DNA from: Octopus sinensis
Lineage: Eukaryota
Assembly (NCBI RefSeq): GCF_006345805.1
Contig: NC_043003.1
Location: 111,538,001 to 111,602,000 of the forward strand
Length of the DNA stretch: 64,000 nucleotides
Reading direction: 5' to 3'
The notes under the pieces were generated by a model. The model had not been told where the DNA came from. It did no database searches and saw only the letters and a list, made by a program, of their open reading frames with translations. Every line of letters starts with the position of its first letter. Positions within the stretch are counted from its first letter, which is position 1. Positions 51,148 to 64,000 of the stretch are shown piece by piece. The translations under genes and the position numbers were made by a program.

Positions 51148-53065
51148 CTATGTTTGACTTTTGCTTTATGTCTGTACAAGTTGGCTCCAAGTCTCACCCA
51201 GAGACCTCAAGAGACAACAGGTTGGAAGTTCTGTGCCATATATTTGGGGTTTTTTTTGGTCTTGTGCTAGTGAATGTCTAATACATAAGAATAACATTAA
51301 AAAAAAATAAATAGATAAATAAATAAATAAAAAATAAATAAATAAAAGTTTGTTTTAAACCTTGGGATTACATAGAGAGTATTTTGCGTAGGATATGAGC
51401 AGTTCCAATGAGCACTATCTTTTGAATCTCTGCCATGTTAGGGTTTCCTGGTATCTGAGTTAGGTAGCAATCAGTCCCCTTCGCTATCATTCCCAGGGCA
51501 CCTATGATAACAGGTATTGTTTTAGTCTTCAGCTTCCACATCTTGCTGATTTCTATTTCAAGATCTTTATATTTGCTCAGTTTTTGGTAGGTCTTGATAG
51601 ATACGTTTATATCGATTGGGACAGTCATATCAATGAGGAGGCATGTTCTTTGTCTGAAGTCTTTCAATATGATGTCTGGCCTATTTGCATCTATCTTCCT
51701 GTCAGTTTGAATGGTGAAGTTCCAGAGGAGTGAGATGTGGTCATTTTCAAGCACTGGAGGTGGATTGTGTTCCCACCAGTTTTTTTCATGGGGCAAATCC
51801 AGGTTTTAGCAAATACCCAGTGAATATATTGTGCAGCTCTATCATGCCTGTTGAGGTACTCTGTAGGCGCTAGAAGACTGCATTTGGAGACAACATTATC
51901 AATGGTTTCATTTTGTTGTCGGCATAAACGACATGTTGCGCTACTGCCGTTCTTTAATATGTTGGCCTGGTAGTTTCTTGTTGGTAGGCATTGATCTTGA
52001 GCTGCTATGATAAACCCCTCTGTTTCAGATTTTAAGCTAGAGGCCATTAGCCATTGATGGGTCAGGGCTTTGTCAATATCTGCATTATTCGCTCGCTTTG
52101 GGTATTTGCCATAGAGAGTTTTTTCTTGCCATTTATTATTCAGAATATCTAAAGCCGCAGTTTTGGCACGGGTTTTCACGCGCCTAGCTTTTTCTGTGCT
52201 TGTTTCTTGTATGTCTATCTCTAATTCCGAAATTGGTTGTATTCGGAATTCACTTAGATATTCCTTTGCCTGTTTTCTTACTGAGTATGATGTTTTCTTG
52301 TTTTCATGTTTTGAGACAAGTTTAACATCCAGTCCTCAGAGTTTTTCAGGTAGGTGTCTAGGCCAATTGTAGCAATCTTTATTGTTATTGCCAGTTGCAA
52401 AAGACCACGGCCTCCCTCTTTTCTTGGCAGATAGAGTCGTTCTGTATCTGCCTTAGGGTGGTGCATTCTATGCATTGTCAACGGTTTCCTTATTTTTCTG
52501 TCGAGCTGACATATTTCAGTAATTGACCGGTTAACAATATTGAAACTGTAGGTCACGACTGGTATGGCTAATGCATTGATCGCTACGATCCTGTTTCTTG
52601 CATTCAGCTCTGTCTTGAGTATTGCTCTCACTCTTCGATAGCATTCTCTCCTGATCCTTTCCTTCATCTCTGAATGCCTTATTCCGTTCCCTTCAATTAC
52701 CCCTAGGTACTTGTAGCTCTCCGCTGGGTCTAGTTCTTTTATGACATTCTGCTGGTCAAGGTTAACGTTAGATGTTTCTGTCATTTTCCTTTGATAAAGG
52801 TAGCTTTTGCACATTTATCGAGGCCGAATTGCATTCTGATGTCGTCACTGAATTGTTTGACTATCGCTAGTAAGCCCTTGAGTTGTTGGTCATTTTTTGC
52901 AAAAAGCTTTAAATCATCCATGTAAATGAGATGATTTATATTTTTATCAAACATTTTATACCCGTACTGCGCGTCATTGAACAGCTTTGAGAGAGGTATT
53001 AAGGATAAACAAAAGAGGAGTGGTGACAGTGAGTCACCCTGGAAAATGCCACACGAAATTTACAT
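51148..53065 (-). mobile_element. 5'-truncated R4/Dong-clade non-LTR retrotransposon (RT C-terminal half, CCHC, REL endonuclease, 3' UTR), frameshifted
   Basis: GIFQGDSLSPLLF, HLIYMDDLKLFA, RLYLPRKEGGRGL, CRLCRQQNETIDNVVSKC, NRPDII, IDMTVP..KLSKYKDLEIEI. Confidence 0.92.
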
Positions 53066-53154
53066 CACCAGCATTTAGGGATTCATTGTCATTATTATTA
53101 TTATTATCATTATTATTACCATTTACAATTTTATCATCTTCCTAATTGTGATTA

Positions 53155-53365
53155 AGACGGTGAGGTGGCAGAGTCACTACTGAGCAAGACTAAATGCTTA
53201 GCTACATTTCTTCCGACTTTGCGTTCGGTGATGAAATTCTCTCGAGGTCGACTTTGCATTTCATCAGTTTGGGGTCGATAAAATAGGTAACAGTCAAACA
53301 CTGGGGTCGCTGTAATCGACTTACCACCTCCCCAAAATTTCAGCTTTTGTGCCTATAGTACAAAG
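53155..53365 (+). mobile_element. Decayed SINE family B
   Basis: gacggtgaggtggcagag...gaggtcgactttgc...ggggtcgata. Confidence 0.7.
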
Positions 53366-53627
53366 GTTAGTTAATAATATTATTATACGTATGATTGCAC
53401 AGAAAAACGCAGCAGGTTTACAGGATCGTAGAGTTTGTTGTTTTGTCTTATTAAAGCATTCTACGCAATATAATCCCCGATAATTACTGAGTCTATTTTT
53501 CTTTAATGATCTTTAGCTTCGGAAAATTTCTGCATATTCTTGAAATTTCTGAGATGTGACTAAGAATATACTGGTTGATTTTGACTATTTCATTCGATCA
53601 CGATTGTATCATTCGAACACGTATATA

Positions 53628-53792
53628 TCTCTTTTATCTCTTTTACTTGTTGCAGTCCTTTGCCTGCGGCCATGCTGGAGCACCGTCTTTAATCGAGCAA
53701 CTCGACACCGGCACTTATTCTTTGTAAGCCCAGTACTTATTCTATCGGTTGTCAAGCAATGCTAGTGGGACACAGACACACAAACACACACA

Positions 53793-53851
<59 letters not shown>

Positions 53852-54020
53852 CATATATACGACGGGCTTCATTCAGTTTCCGTCTACCAAATCCATGCAC
53901 AAGGCTTTGGTAGGCCCGAGGCTATAGCAGAAGACACTTGCCCAAGATGCCACGCAGTGGGACTGAACCGGGAACCATGTGGCTGGTAAAGAAGCTACGT
54001 ACCACACAGCCACTCCTGCG

Positions 54021-54022
<2 letters not shown>
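53628..54022 (-). mobile_element. SINE family A with an internal deletion
   Basis: Lacks the gccgaaccgctaag segment present in other copies. Confidence 0.85.
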
Positions 54023-54079
<57 letters not shown>

Positions 54080-54920
54080 TCCGTGAAAAAACATGACAAA
54101 TCGATCATTCTGTGTGTAGATCAATGAGCATGCCCATAGCGTTAAAGCATCCAGTTAATTCCTTTACGACTTAGAGATTTATTGTTCATGGTTAAGGATT
54201 CCGGTGGGAATGCGCTTTATGTTTGGTTTCATTATTGTGATTTACATGTAATACATTCCAGTGGTCGACTAATGCTATAGTCTGTACACTGTATATTTTA
54301 TTGATATTTGTAAGCATTTTCTCTTCTAGAACAAGAAAATATCGTCCGGAATTTTGAATATCTTATTATCTGAGCAAACTTACTTGTGAATATCTTATGT
54401 CCTGCCTTAAGAAATTGATCGAGGCAGATAGTCTCATCTGCCATATTGTTATAAGACTGTTACAAATATTTCCTAGCTGCACACACCTCCATAATTCTCT
54501 TAGTTTAGTAAGTTAATATCTGAGGCATAAACGTCATGTCTTCATGTCTATTTTCAGTTATTAATAGGTAATCTAAACTAAGGCGAAACATTCAGGACTT
54601 GTTCAATTTCTTGTATGTAGATGTCAGATGTCAGTTCACCCTGACTTGGGAGATAAAGCTATGGAAATATATGAAAGAATCGGTCATGTGTAGAACGCAT
54701 CAGCTTATAAGTTTCATTGAACAAAGAGGGTCAGAGGTGATTCAATAACAAAATGTGTGCCCGAGATCTTCCATTAGAAATATTCATAATATATAAATAT
54801 GCATGCGTGTGTGATTGTGTGTCTGACTGAGTATAATATTATGCGTGTGCTTACGTTTCCATGTGTGTATACGTAGATTAAAAATCATACAGCAATGTAG
54901 AATTTGAAGAAATAAGGAAA

Positions 54921-55490
54921 TACAAGGATAATCCCAAAAGTAATGACTCCAAGAATATTTAGAAATCACAGAAACGCTTATTGTCAATGATGTTTACATC
55001 ATGTTAAAGTTTGAACATTTATCTATCTTTCTACATAATCGCCATTTCGGTCGATGCATTTTTGTAGGCGCTGGAGGCACTTTTTATATGCCTCGGCTCA
55101 TCCAGAGTGATCCGCCGGTTTTCGTGCAGGATTTGCTCAACCTTCGCGAATGTCTCGTTGGAAATTGAATTTCAGTACGACCAGCTGCAAATTCCCAACA
55201 CCACCTGCGGACGTTTTTGACATCCATGCACAACTAGCCATACACTTCCGTTAATTAGCGATGAATTTCAATCGTTTCAATGTCTTTTGCGTTCAAAAAT
55301 CGAATAACTGCGCGGTAGCGTCAATCGGGAGCTACATCCAATTCGACTGCCAAGCCAAGAATGAGCGTGGTGGCGAGGCACGTGCAGGGGAAGGCGCATG
55401 CGTGTGCACAACAAACACAAACGTGTTGCCAATAGCCGCACGCACAGTCCTCAGCGCTTTGGAGACCTTACTTTTGGGATTACCCTCGTA
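54921..55490 (-). mobile_element. Internally deleted mariner transposon
   Basis: ~30-bp TIRs tacaaggataatcccaaaagtaatgactcc and tacgagggtaatcccaaaagtaaggtctcc with TA ends. Minus strand RAVIRFLNAKD..EIHR..EVYG...VRRWCWEF..GRTEI joined to QRLQKCIDRNGDYVER. Confidence 0.9.
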
Positions 55491-55789
55491 CATTAAGACA
55501 GAATACATTCTGGGAGCGATTGGCTAAAGCACGCGCTAGAAAAGCGTAGGAATACAAAGCTAATAAAATCAACAATGAAGAGTGCGCAACAGGAAAAACT
55601 CATTTATTAAAGCAGAAGAAAATTTAGAAAACAAAAAGAGTAAGAGGAAAGAAATAGAAGCTTATATACGGTACGAAATAAGACGTCTTTTCTGATACTG
55701 CACATTTGGGAGAAGATGATTGGAATATCAAAATAAGCTTCAGGGAAAATATATCGAGGAACATTGTTTAGTCTCACTATAATAACTAT

Positions 55790-56019
55790 TTCTTTATTAC
55801 ACACAAAGGGCAAAACGTTGAGCGGACAAAGAAGGACAGACATAGGTATTAAGCCGATTACATCGACCCCAGTGCGTAACAGGTACTTAATTTATTGACC
55901 CCGAAATGATGAAAGGCAAAGTCGACCTCGGCGGAATTTGAACTCAGAACGTAGCGACAAAAGATATACGGCTACGTATTTCGCCCGGCGTGCTAACGTT
56001 TCTGCCACCTCACCGCCTT
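55790..56019 (-). mobile_element. SINE family B
   Basis: Reverse complement of the 20870-21092 type sequence. Confidence 0.85.
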
Positions 56020-56836
56020 ATAGTCTCGCTGTAATAACATTGGTTTGGAAGTGCCCTTATATATTAACTGTGGAGCATAAACTGTCATGAAAATTTGTTT
56101 GTGACGAATAAAAGTCTTCATATTAAGTTAATCTATTTTAGATACACCACTATTACACTGTTGTTAGCCACACACATTGAAATATAATATAATATAATAT
56201 TTGCGAAACTACCTACCTAAATACGGAAATTTCGTCATATATGTATGTATTTTTTTGAGTGCGTGTGTGTGTGTATGTAGTGTATATGTGTGTGTTAGTG
56301 GGCTGTCGGAAATGATAAGTAGCTTAAATATTTGTAACAGAGTAGCATAAATATTCTCCTACATTCGTTCTCTGTTGAGAAATTATGTATTAGTAAATAT
56401 ACCAGCAGAAATTGAGTTGATTTTATAGATTACTCATTTACAGTCATAAATAATTTACTTTTTCATGTACACAAAAATCAATATTTGATGTATCACTATG
56501 CTTGTGAGTGCCTATCAAACATTCTATAATTGTTCATAAATCGAACTTCGGTATTCTGACGAAAATGGGATGATTTGTTTTCCATGTAAACAAGGGGTAG
56601 TTCATCTAGAAAAGTATGTGACTTGTATATGTTTTATCAATATAATTGACAGAATATATTCTTCAGATATATCGGAGTAAGTGTATCAACTATCTGGTCC
56701 CAATGAACCCAATTAACACAGACTCAAACAGCAAATATTTATTATACTTTTAGCATTACCATACCGAAGCACGCTGTGTGGAAGCGATAATCGTGATTAA
56801 TAAAGAATCTCACGAATTCTGTTTTCTGTCTCTGTG

Positions 56837-56933
<97 letters not shown>

Positions 56934-57054
56934 GTATATATATTACTGTACTACAGTAAGAAGCAGAAGGCAATCTAAGTAGGTAGTTTCGCTTTTCATA
57001 TGCGATTCTTGAATGATATCTCCAACATAAAACCGAGGAAACATTCATAACTAA

Positions 57055-57390
57055 AAGGTACTCACAAAATACAAGATATCAGGTATTGAAGCCATTCTTA
57101 TAAAACTACAACTTCGATGGCCAAGTCATCTAGCATGTATGAGTGATGTCAGAATTCCAAAGCAACTTCTCTTTGGCCAATTCACAAGAGTTGGAAGTCT
57201 ATGCTTGTGCTTGAAAGATAAACTAAAATACAATCCAAAAAGATGCAACATTCCCTTTTCTTCCCGAGAAAATAAGGCATCAGAACGCAGGACATGGCGC
57301 CACTCCTGCTTCTCAGTTCAAAATTTTAAGCGAACTCGACTCCAACACCGAGACCAACATCGTGCAAACAAGAAGCCACGCTGGTAAATC
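57055..57390 (+). mobile_element. RTE-type LINE 3' fragment
   Basis: VLTKYKISGIEAILIKLQLRW..HL..MSDVRIPKQLLFG...LKDKLKYN.KRCNI...ERRTWR, typical RTE post-RT region. Confidence 0.75.
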
Positions 57391-57720
57391 ACTGCTCCTC
57401 TAAATGGAAACCTTTTGGTGGCACGAAACAAAGCAGGCCTAGAAAATGCAAAGTTATTTTTTCCATGCTGGCCACTTGAAAAATCGTTATTTTTTTTTAA
57501 TTAACGATCTTATCTTTATTTCTATAAATTAAAATCTATTTCGTTACTGTATTTACTGCGGTGATATTTTAACCATATCTCACATGGAATTAAATGGCGG
57601 GCATTTTGAACTGGCCATGATGCATACGTGCATATATGTGTATGTATACGTTCGTATTGTAAGTATTCGTATGTTGTGTTTATATATATATATATGTATT
57701 TATATTTCTTTTCTGTGTGT

Positions 57721-57778
57721 ATTCTACTGACGAGACAAGCATTCCTAAATGCAAAGTCAGAAATCCGGGATCTAGAAT
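57721..57778 (+). ncRNA. Type I hammerhead motif with one extra A before GAAA
   Basis: AUUCUA-CUGACGA-GAC-AA-GCAUU-CCUA-AAUGC-AAA-GUC-A-GAAAUCCGGGAU-C-UAGAAU: 6-bp stem I, AUC triplet. Confidence 0.6.
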
Positions 57779-57997
57779 TATCCAGTAATTTTTTACTAGC
57801 TTCATCTTGTCTTTTTGTTTTCTCTCAGTGTTTGCGATATGGACAATTAAGGTGGTTTTAGAGTCAGATCGTGGCTGCTATTTTCAGCATGGTGGTATCT
57901 CGCAGACAGCCTAATTTGTAAGTTTAATAATTATTACTTTTGAAGGTTATTTTTTTCCATGCTGAACACTTATTTTATTTTAAATTAACGATCTTAT

Positions 57998-58066
<69 letters not shown>

Positions 58067-61000
58067 AAATATATAGGACTGACCACTGAATGTGTACAGT
58101 CTATATGGTAGATATAGACGTCAAAATCGGTATTTTCCACGAAGAATGTGTTCGCAAGAAAAAGCTCAGCAAAAAAAAACAAAGTGTAAAATAATCAAAA
58201 CGAATGGAAATATATCTATATACGTAAACATTAACAGGTGAAACCATTAGATTTATTATTATTATTACTAATATTGTTGTTATACATACATACATACAAG
58301 CATATGTAATGATAATAATGGGTGGACGTAAACACATGAACATTAGAACATTAGAACAAAAGCAACAACAACAAAAACAAAATACAAGTTACATGAATGT
58401 ATATAAACAGAGGATACAAATATTACAGCCTTCCCACACACACGCACACTAAATAAACATAGACGCACATAGAGATATAAGCATGCGCAAATGAAGACAT
58501 ACAATAGAAATACAAAATGGCTGACGGTTAGTAAGGAGAGCCACAAACAAATAAGAAAGAAGAAAACAAAGGACCACTAATGCGGTCACAGGAGTGTGAT
58601 GAAAGAACTCTGGCCGAAATAAGATTAAGATTAATGTAAAAAATAAATATCACTGAAGCAAAATAGCACCAAATATATAGTGCGTGTGTTTTTAATTGGC
58701 TAAACTGGCAATATGACCATTCCGAAATATAACAATATGTGTTTCAACACACGACTTCACATAAAAAATCTTGCCCAACAAATATTTAAACGTATATATA
58801 TATATATATAAATATATCGTTTATCTCCCCTGTACATTACCCTTTGTCTCTTTGATTTTTTCTAATCCATTAATCCCGCTGTCCCCCACTCTTCTCTCCT
58901 CCTTCCACGTGATCGGTGTTCGGCTATCCATGATCTTTCTTTCTTGGCCTGACCGCCGACCGCCAACACCTTTTATGTCTATCTCCAATGTTCCTGCCTC
59001 AAAGCTTTCATGTAATACAGTTTGATTCGTCCTTAGGCGAAAAGCACCTGTTCTTATATCCTTGTTGTTTGCATTTGTAATTGTGTACAATGTTCTCCGT
59101 TTTTTGTATTTGTTGTCGTATGTAGTCGGTAGCTGTCTTACAAAAAATCTAAATCTCTTAGCTTAGCATTTTTGGGGGCAACCAGATGGAACAATCTCAA
59201 GTGTGACTGCCGAAACTGTAAGGACATCTGGTAAGAGGACTGACGAAAGAAGGCCCCGAATGAACCGTTCTTTTTTTCCCAGTCCCTCTATTTTTTGTTT
59301 TCCATTTCCACCCTTGTATCGTCTGTCCGGATGTTTTGATTTATACTTTTTTTAATCCGAGGGGACACAATACGAGCAGCAACTACAAGAACACTACAAG
59401 AACGTCTTGAGGCTTGTTGTCACTAACATCTCAAGATATAACTTTATATTTTGTAATTTAATTGACTTATAAATATACTTTTGCACATATATAGTCTTTG
59501 ACCCATTCACTATGAGATACACACGTCAGTTTTCAAATATATGTTCTGAAATCTAGTACGTGATATTCACCATATTAGTTAAATATGCTAATTAATTCAT
59601 ATATCAAAAAAATATTGAAACTAAAAACCTTCAAGTGTCTTCTGCTGTTTTGTCAGTTATTGAAAAAAAAGTTACAGTAACTGATTCAACCAATTATATA
59701 TTGCGGTTTCTTGCTCGTATTTGTAAAAGCGAAACTTGTACACCCACACACAAAAATATGTGCACACGCATGCAGAAACACACAGATATATGGTCATACA
59801 TACATACATACATACATATATGCATATGTATGTACAATGTATGTGTTTGTGTATGTATATATTTGTGTCTATGTATATTTATATATATATATTTATACAT
59901 GTATATATACGTGTGTGCGTGAGTTGTGTATATGTGATCACACTTGTGAATGTATATATCTATGGGCGTGTATGTATCGAGCAAATCTACATCCAGTTAA
60001 CGATTTGCCCATTATTGATTCCTATATTCATGATATAGACAGTGATCAAAGGTAAGTCTTATAAAGTTTTATATGACAGTATCAGCTCTAATGTCATATG
60101 TCATACACGTGTATATGGGTGTTGAAGCCTGCATATTTGTGGCTGTCTATTCGTTTGTGTATACTGAACGTTCCTTCAATAAATCAATATGTTTATTCGA
60201 TGTTTTCTATGTACTAATTCGATCACGTTTCGTTTTCTCTATGATTCAATTCAATTTTGCAAGCCACGTAGAGGTGAATGTGCACGCATGCATATAAACC
60301 TCTACATAGAAAAATACGTACGTTAATACACACACAATCACCCCATACAAGTGCAAGCACGCCGTCCGTATTATATGTGTAAAGTTATATTGATATGCAT
60401 AGGGAATTTACATTTATTTATTTATTTATTTGGGTAAATGACTGTATGCGTTTTGAACAGTGTGATTGTGATAGGATGCATACCACTTGCTGAACTTGAT
60501 TCGAATTTGGATGAATTCCAAATTTGCTTCCTTATCACATATATCACCTCAGACAGCTGGAAAATATTCCTTTGACCTATCGTTAATTCTACTTCGTTTG
60601 AGCTTTATAAGTGAATAAAATCTATGAGTGTAGGTTCGTGAGAGGTGGTTGAGTATAACACTGAAAATGTCTACATGTTTGGATTGGAAAACTATGACTT
60701 AATAAATGTAGACAGTGATGAAACGTGCCAGATAATAAAACATTTAATTACTTAACTTAATCTTTCTAGATCAAATAAAACTTAATGAACAAAAATCACT
60801 AGAGACTGATAATTCATGATCAACCAGCAGATAAACGCTTGTTTCAAAAAGCAATGTAATCATTTTTTTTGTATTACGACCAAAATACAAGGTAACTAAT
60901 CACACAGTACATTAAACATCGCTTTCTGTCAGAACAGCAGTAACTTTTTCATACCTTTATCAAATAAGAACAATACTGATTTATAACATTGTGTTTCATA

Positions 61001-61351
61001 GAGATAGATGCTCAGAAATATGAATGAAGTCTTGAGCCTTCGGTTATGCATGTGGATTATAAATGTTGTTATGTCATTGTGTTTCTGCAACTAAAATAAG
61101 ATAGTTAAGGTTTTATTGTTGTAAATTTACATTTGGATTTAACAACTTATCTCATATATATTAAAGAAAACGAAGAAATTTAATATGTATTTTCAACAGA
61201 AACTTGAACTTATCCAAAGGAGTATTCTTAGAAACACCTAACGAACAGCAGCGACATCGATCAAAATAAATCGCATCTGTGAAGTAACCAAATGCTCCTG
61301 AAGTGTCTATGTTCTTATGAAGTTTCAGGCCGTTTCCATTCTCAGCACTTT

Positions 61352-61654
61352 GGAGGCACATGGCCTAGTGGTTAGAGCAGCGGACTCGTGGTCAAGGGAT
61401 CGCGGTTTCGAATCTAAGACCGGGTGATGTGTGTGTTAATGAGCGAAACGCCTAAGCTCTACGCGGCTCCAGCAGAAGGTAATGGCGAATTTCTGCTGGC
61501 TCTCTCGCACCACAACTTTCTCATTCTTTCCTCCTGCATCTTGCAGCTCACCTGCGACGGACCAGCGTTCCATCCAGGTGGGGGAACCCATACGCCAAGG
61601 AAACTGGGAAACCGGCCCTTATGCGCCAGACATGGCTCGAGAAGGAACTAACAA
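61352..61654 (+). mobile_element. tRNA-headed SINE related to family C, with a 10-bp target duplication
   Basis: tctcagcact at 61340-61349 and 61655-61664; A/B boxes tggcctagtggtt and ggtttcgaatc. Confidence 0.85.
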
Positions 61655-62311
61655 TCTCAGCACTAGGTTTCGGAATTTCTGTATCCGTAGTAATTCACTC
61701 GAGTTAAAATGCATTATTATACTGAATAAAATAATGTTAGTAAAAATTCAAATAAGATTTCATTTTCCATGTGATTATGTTTCCTATATAAATTTCACTA
61801 ATATAATTCTTAATTAGATTCAATATATTTTTTATGTGAGAGGCATTCAACTGTTTGAGCTATATACACTATTTCGATTCATATTTCCTAATAACGACAA
61901 ATTCTTCAAATTTAACATTTAATTGCCATCTTTTATAGTCGAACATATATTAATGTGAGAACTTCAGAGATCTATGTACAGTGGTTAATTACCGAACAGC
62001 ATTTATTGATTATATTACTGATAGAGAATGATAATTAGTTACGTTGTTTACAATCCGTTTCATAACGTTTTTGATAATGACTACCATGCAATGCTTCATG
62101 GTATTTTTCATGGTGTTAAATTGTATGAAAAATTGCTTCTTGCGTGTGTCTATGCCTGTGTGTGGGCTGCTGTGTAGCATGATAGTTTGAATAAGTTCAT
62201 TATATCTCTAACAAAACATAATTTTATCTCAGATAGTTAAAATATATACATACATATCATGTATAGAGATATGTATAAATATATATTATGTAAGTATGTA
62301 TGTACGTTTGT

Positions 62312-62368
<57 letters not shown>

Positions 62369-63019
62369 AGTGAATTTTAAAATGCACAGGTCTTTTATAG
62401 ATGTTTACTGACTTAACCGGTTTCATTTCAAAAAGATTTTCAATAGTAAAATGTAAGGATTTGAATAGCCTTTGTGGTGTTGAAAAATGGTAAACTTTAG
62501 ATGTATTAAAATAGCGATAGGGTCTCTGACATTGATGAGAAAATGTTAAGAAATAGAATCTCTGACAAAAAAAGAAAGTGTTAATAGGGGCCCTATGTTT
62601 AAACAGTTAACATAAAAATGTTCAAAATAGGTAGTGAAATAAATTCATTATTATTTATAAGTTCACCAAAAATCATTATTGTATATAAGTATATAAATAT
62701 ATACACACACAGAAAAAATTTGGAGATTGTATTTGACAGAAGCAAGCATGTATTCCTTAGTCAAAACTTTATCAGAGATATTTAAGTATTTGTACAGAAT
62801 TTTAGGGGAATGGTTAACGTTTTCCTTCATCTTCAGTCTTGTATGTGTGTTTGGCAACGATGGTTGCTATTTTTAGAAGTAGTGTTGAAGGCTTGTTGGT
62901 GCGGCAAAGAAGTCAGATGACCTGACTTCGAATATTTTTTGTGGAATCAAAATGATATTTTGTTTCTGGGTTAGTCTGTCATGGTTCAGCGGTTTTTGGA
63001 CTGGTCTTAGTGTTCAGGA

Positions 63020-63340
63020 TGCTGTTAGTGTGTGTGTGTGTTTTGTGTGTGTGTGTGCTTGTCAGTGTGTGTGCGGTTCTATTTGTGACTGGTCTTAGTG
63101 TCCACTGTGTTGTGTGCGTATGGGTCTCTCTATGTATGTGTTTTATATTTAGCAGGTTATGTGTGTATATGTGTGCACGTTTGTGTGTGCGTGTGTATGT
63201 ATGTGATCTGTATTTGTCAGGGTGCTGTGTGTGTGTGTGTATGTGTATGTGTTTGCGTGTATCTGTTTGTTCGTGTGTTTGTAAGTCTGTATGTGCATGA
63301 GCATGTTTGTGTGTGTTATGTTGGTCAGTGTGGTGTGTAC
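63020..63340. repeat. Degenerate (GT)n-rich low-complexity tract
   Basis: Direct reading. Confidence 0.85.
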
Positions 63341-63429
63341 GAACACAAACCCCGTCTGCGCCTTCATGAATATACGCATATCTTAGCTGTTTAATTTGTA
63401 TTTGAGCGCAATATTTTAGCATCCTGAAG

Positions 63430-63680
63430 TGGCAAGGAGGCAGGATTATTAGCGCTCCGTGGAAAATGCTTAGCGGAAATTCGTCTGTATTTACCTTCTG
63501 AGTTCCAATGCGACTGCGATCGAATTTGGCAATCATCGTTTCTGGTTCGAAATTGCATTTCATCAATTCAGAGCCGATGAATATGTAGCAGCTGAGCACT
63601 AGAGTCCTGGAGCACTAGGATCGTTGTAATCGACGTAGCCTCATTCTTGAAATTGATGGTCTTCTGCCAAATTTGAAATA
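63430..63680 (+). mobile_element. Old decayed SINE family B
   Basis: ggcaaggagcaggattattagcgc..aaatgcttagcggaaattcgtctgt..ttctgagttcc. Confidence 0.55.
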
Positions 63681-64000
63681 AGTATTTCAGGAGCGTATTT
63701 TAAACCTCGGAGGGGAACAACATTAGTGATAAAGCAAGTACAATCATCAGACCTCGTAATCAACTTAATTACATTTTGCTACATATGATTCGTTTAGACA
63801 ATCAACAAAGCATTTGAGGAACATTAAAAAACAAGTCTTTGTATAAAGTTTCATGTGTCTGGTTAAATACATACAACAAATATACAAGGACAGTGTCAAA
63901 CTATTATCTTCCGTTATATAGTGGTTAGTGCTTAGTTTAAAAAGTATATTGTTTAGTATGTTTAATTTCAACATGCAAAATAATCCACATTCTTCTGAAT

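Noticed and set aside
58590-59270. Hammerhead-like strings at ~58595 (GUGAUGA...GGCCGAAA) and 59240 (CUGACGA...CCGAA), and a possible GIY-YIG remnant near 58900-58980
   Set aside because: Stems do not pair and the protein similarity is too weak to support a call.

Overview
AT-rich, microsatellite-dense eukaryotic DNA made almost entirely of transposon debris. I found no supportable host exon, tRNA or rRNA gene. The SINE and LINE families resemble those I associate with octopod cephalopods (inference, not checked). Most predicted ORFs are translations of (TA)n, (AAT)n or (CA)n tracts. Content: Penelope-like elements (PLEs; about 8 pieces), R4/Dong-type non-LTR fragments, an RTE 3' fragment, three tRNA-headed SINE families, a ~560-bp element embedded in (AAT)n, deleted Tigger/pogo and mariner transposons, MITE-like elements and a Helitron-type 3' end. 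Main signals: (1) several type I hammerhead ribozyme motifs in PLE-type terminal repeats, including a canonical GUC one at 24315-24409 (-); (2) a tandemly duplicated 331-bp near-perfect palindrome (31142-31953) carrying hammerhead motifs on both strands with a 481-nt period, reminiscent of retrozyme/viroid-like RNAs; (3) an uninterrupted 420-aa PLE ORF (22012-23274) joining the N-terminal domain in frame to an intact GIY-YIG endonuclease with the reverse transcriptase absent. All alignments and folds were done by eye, and repeat boundaries are approximate.
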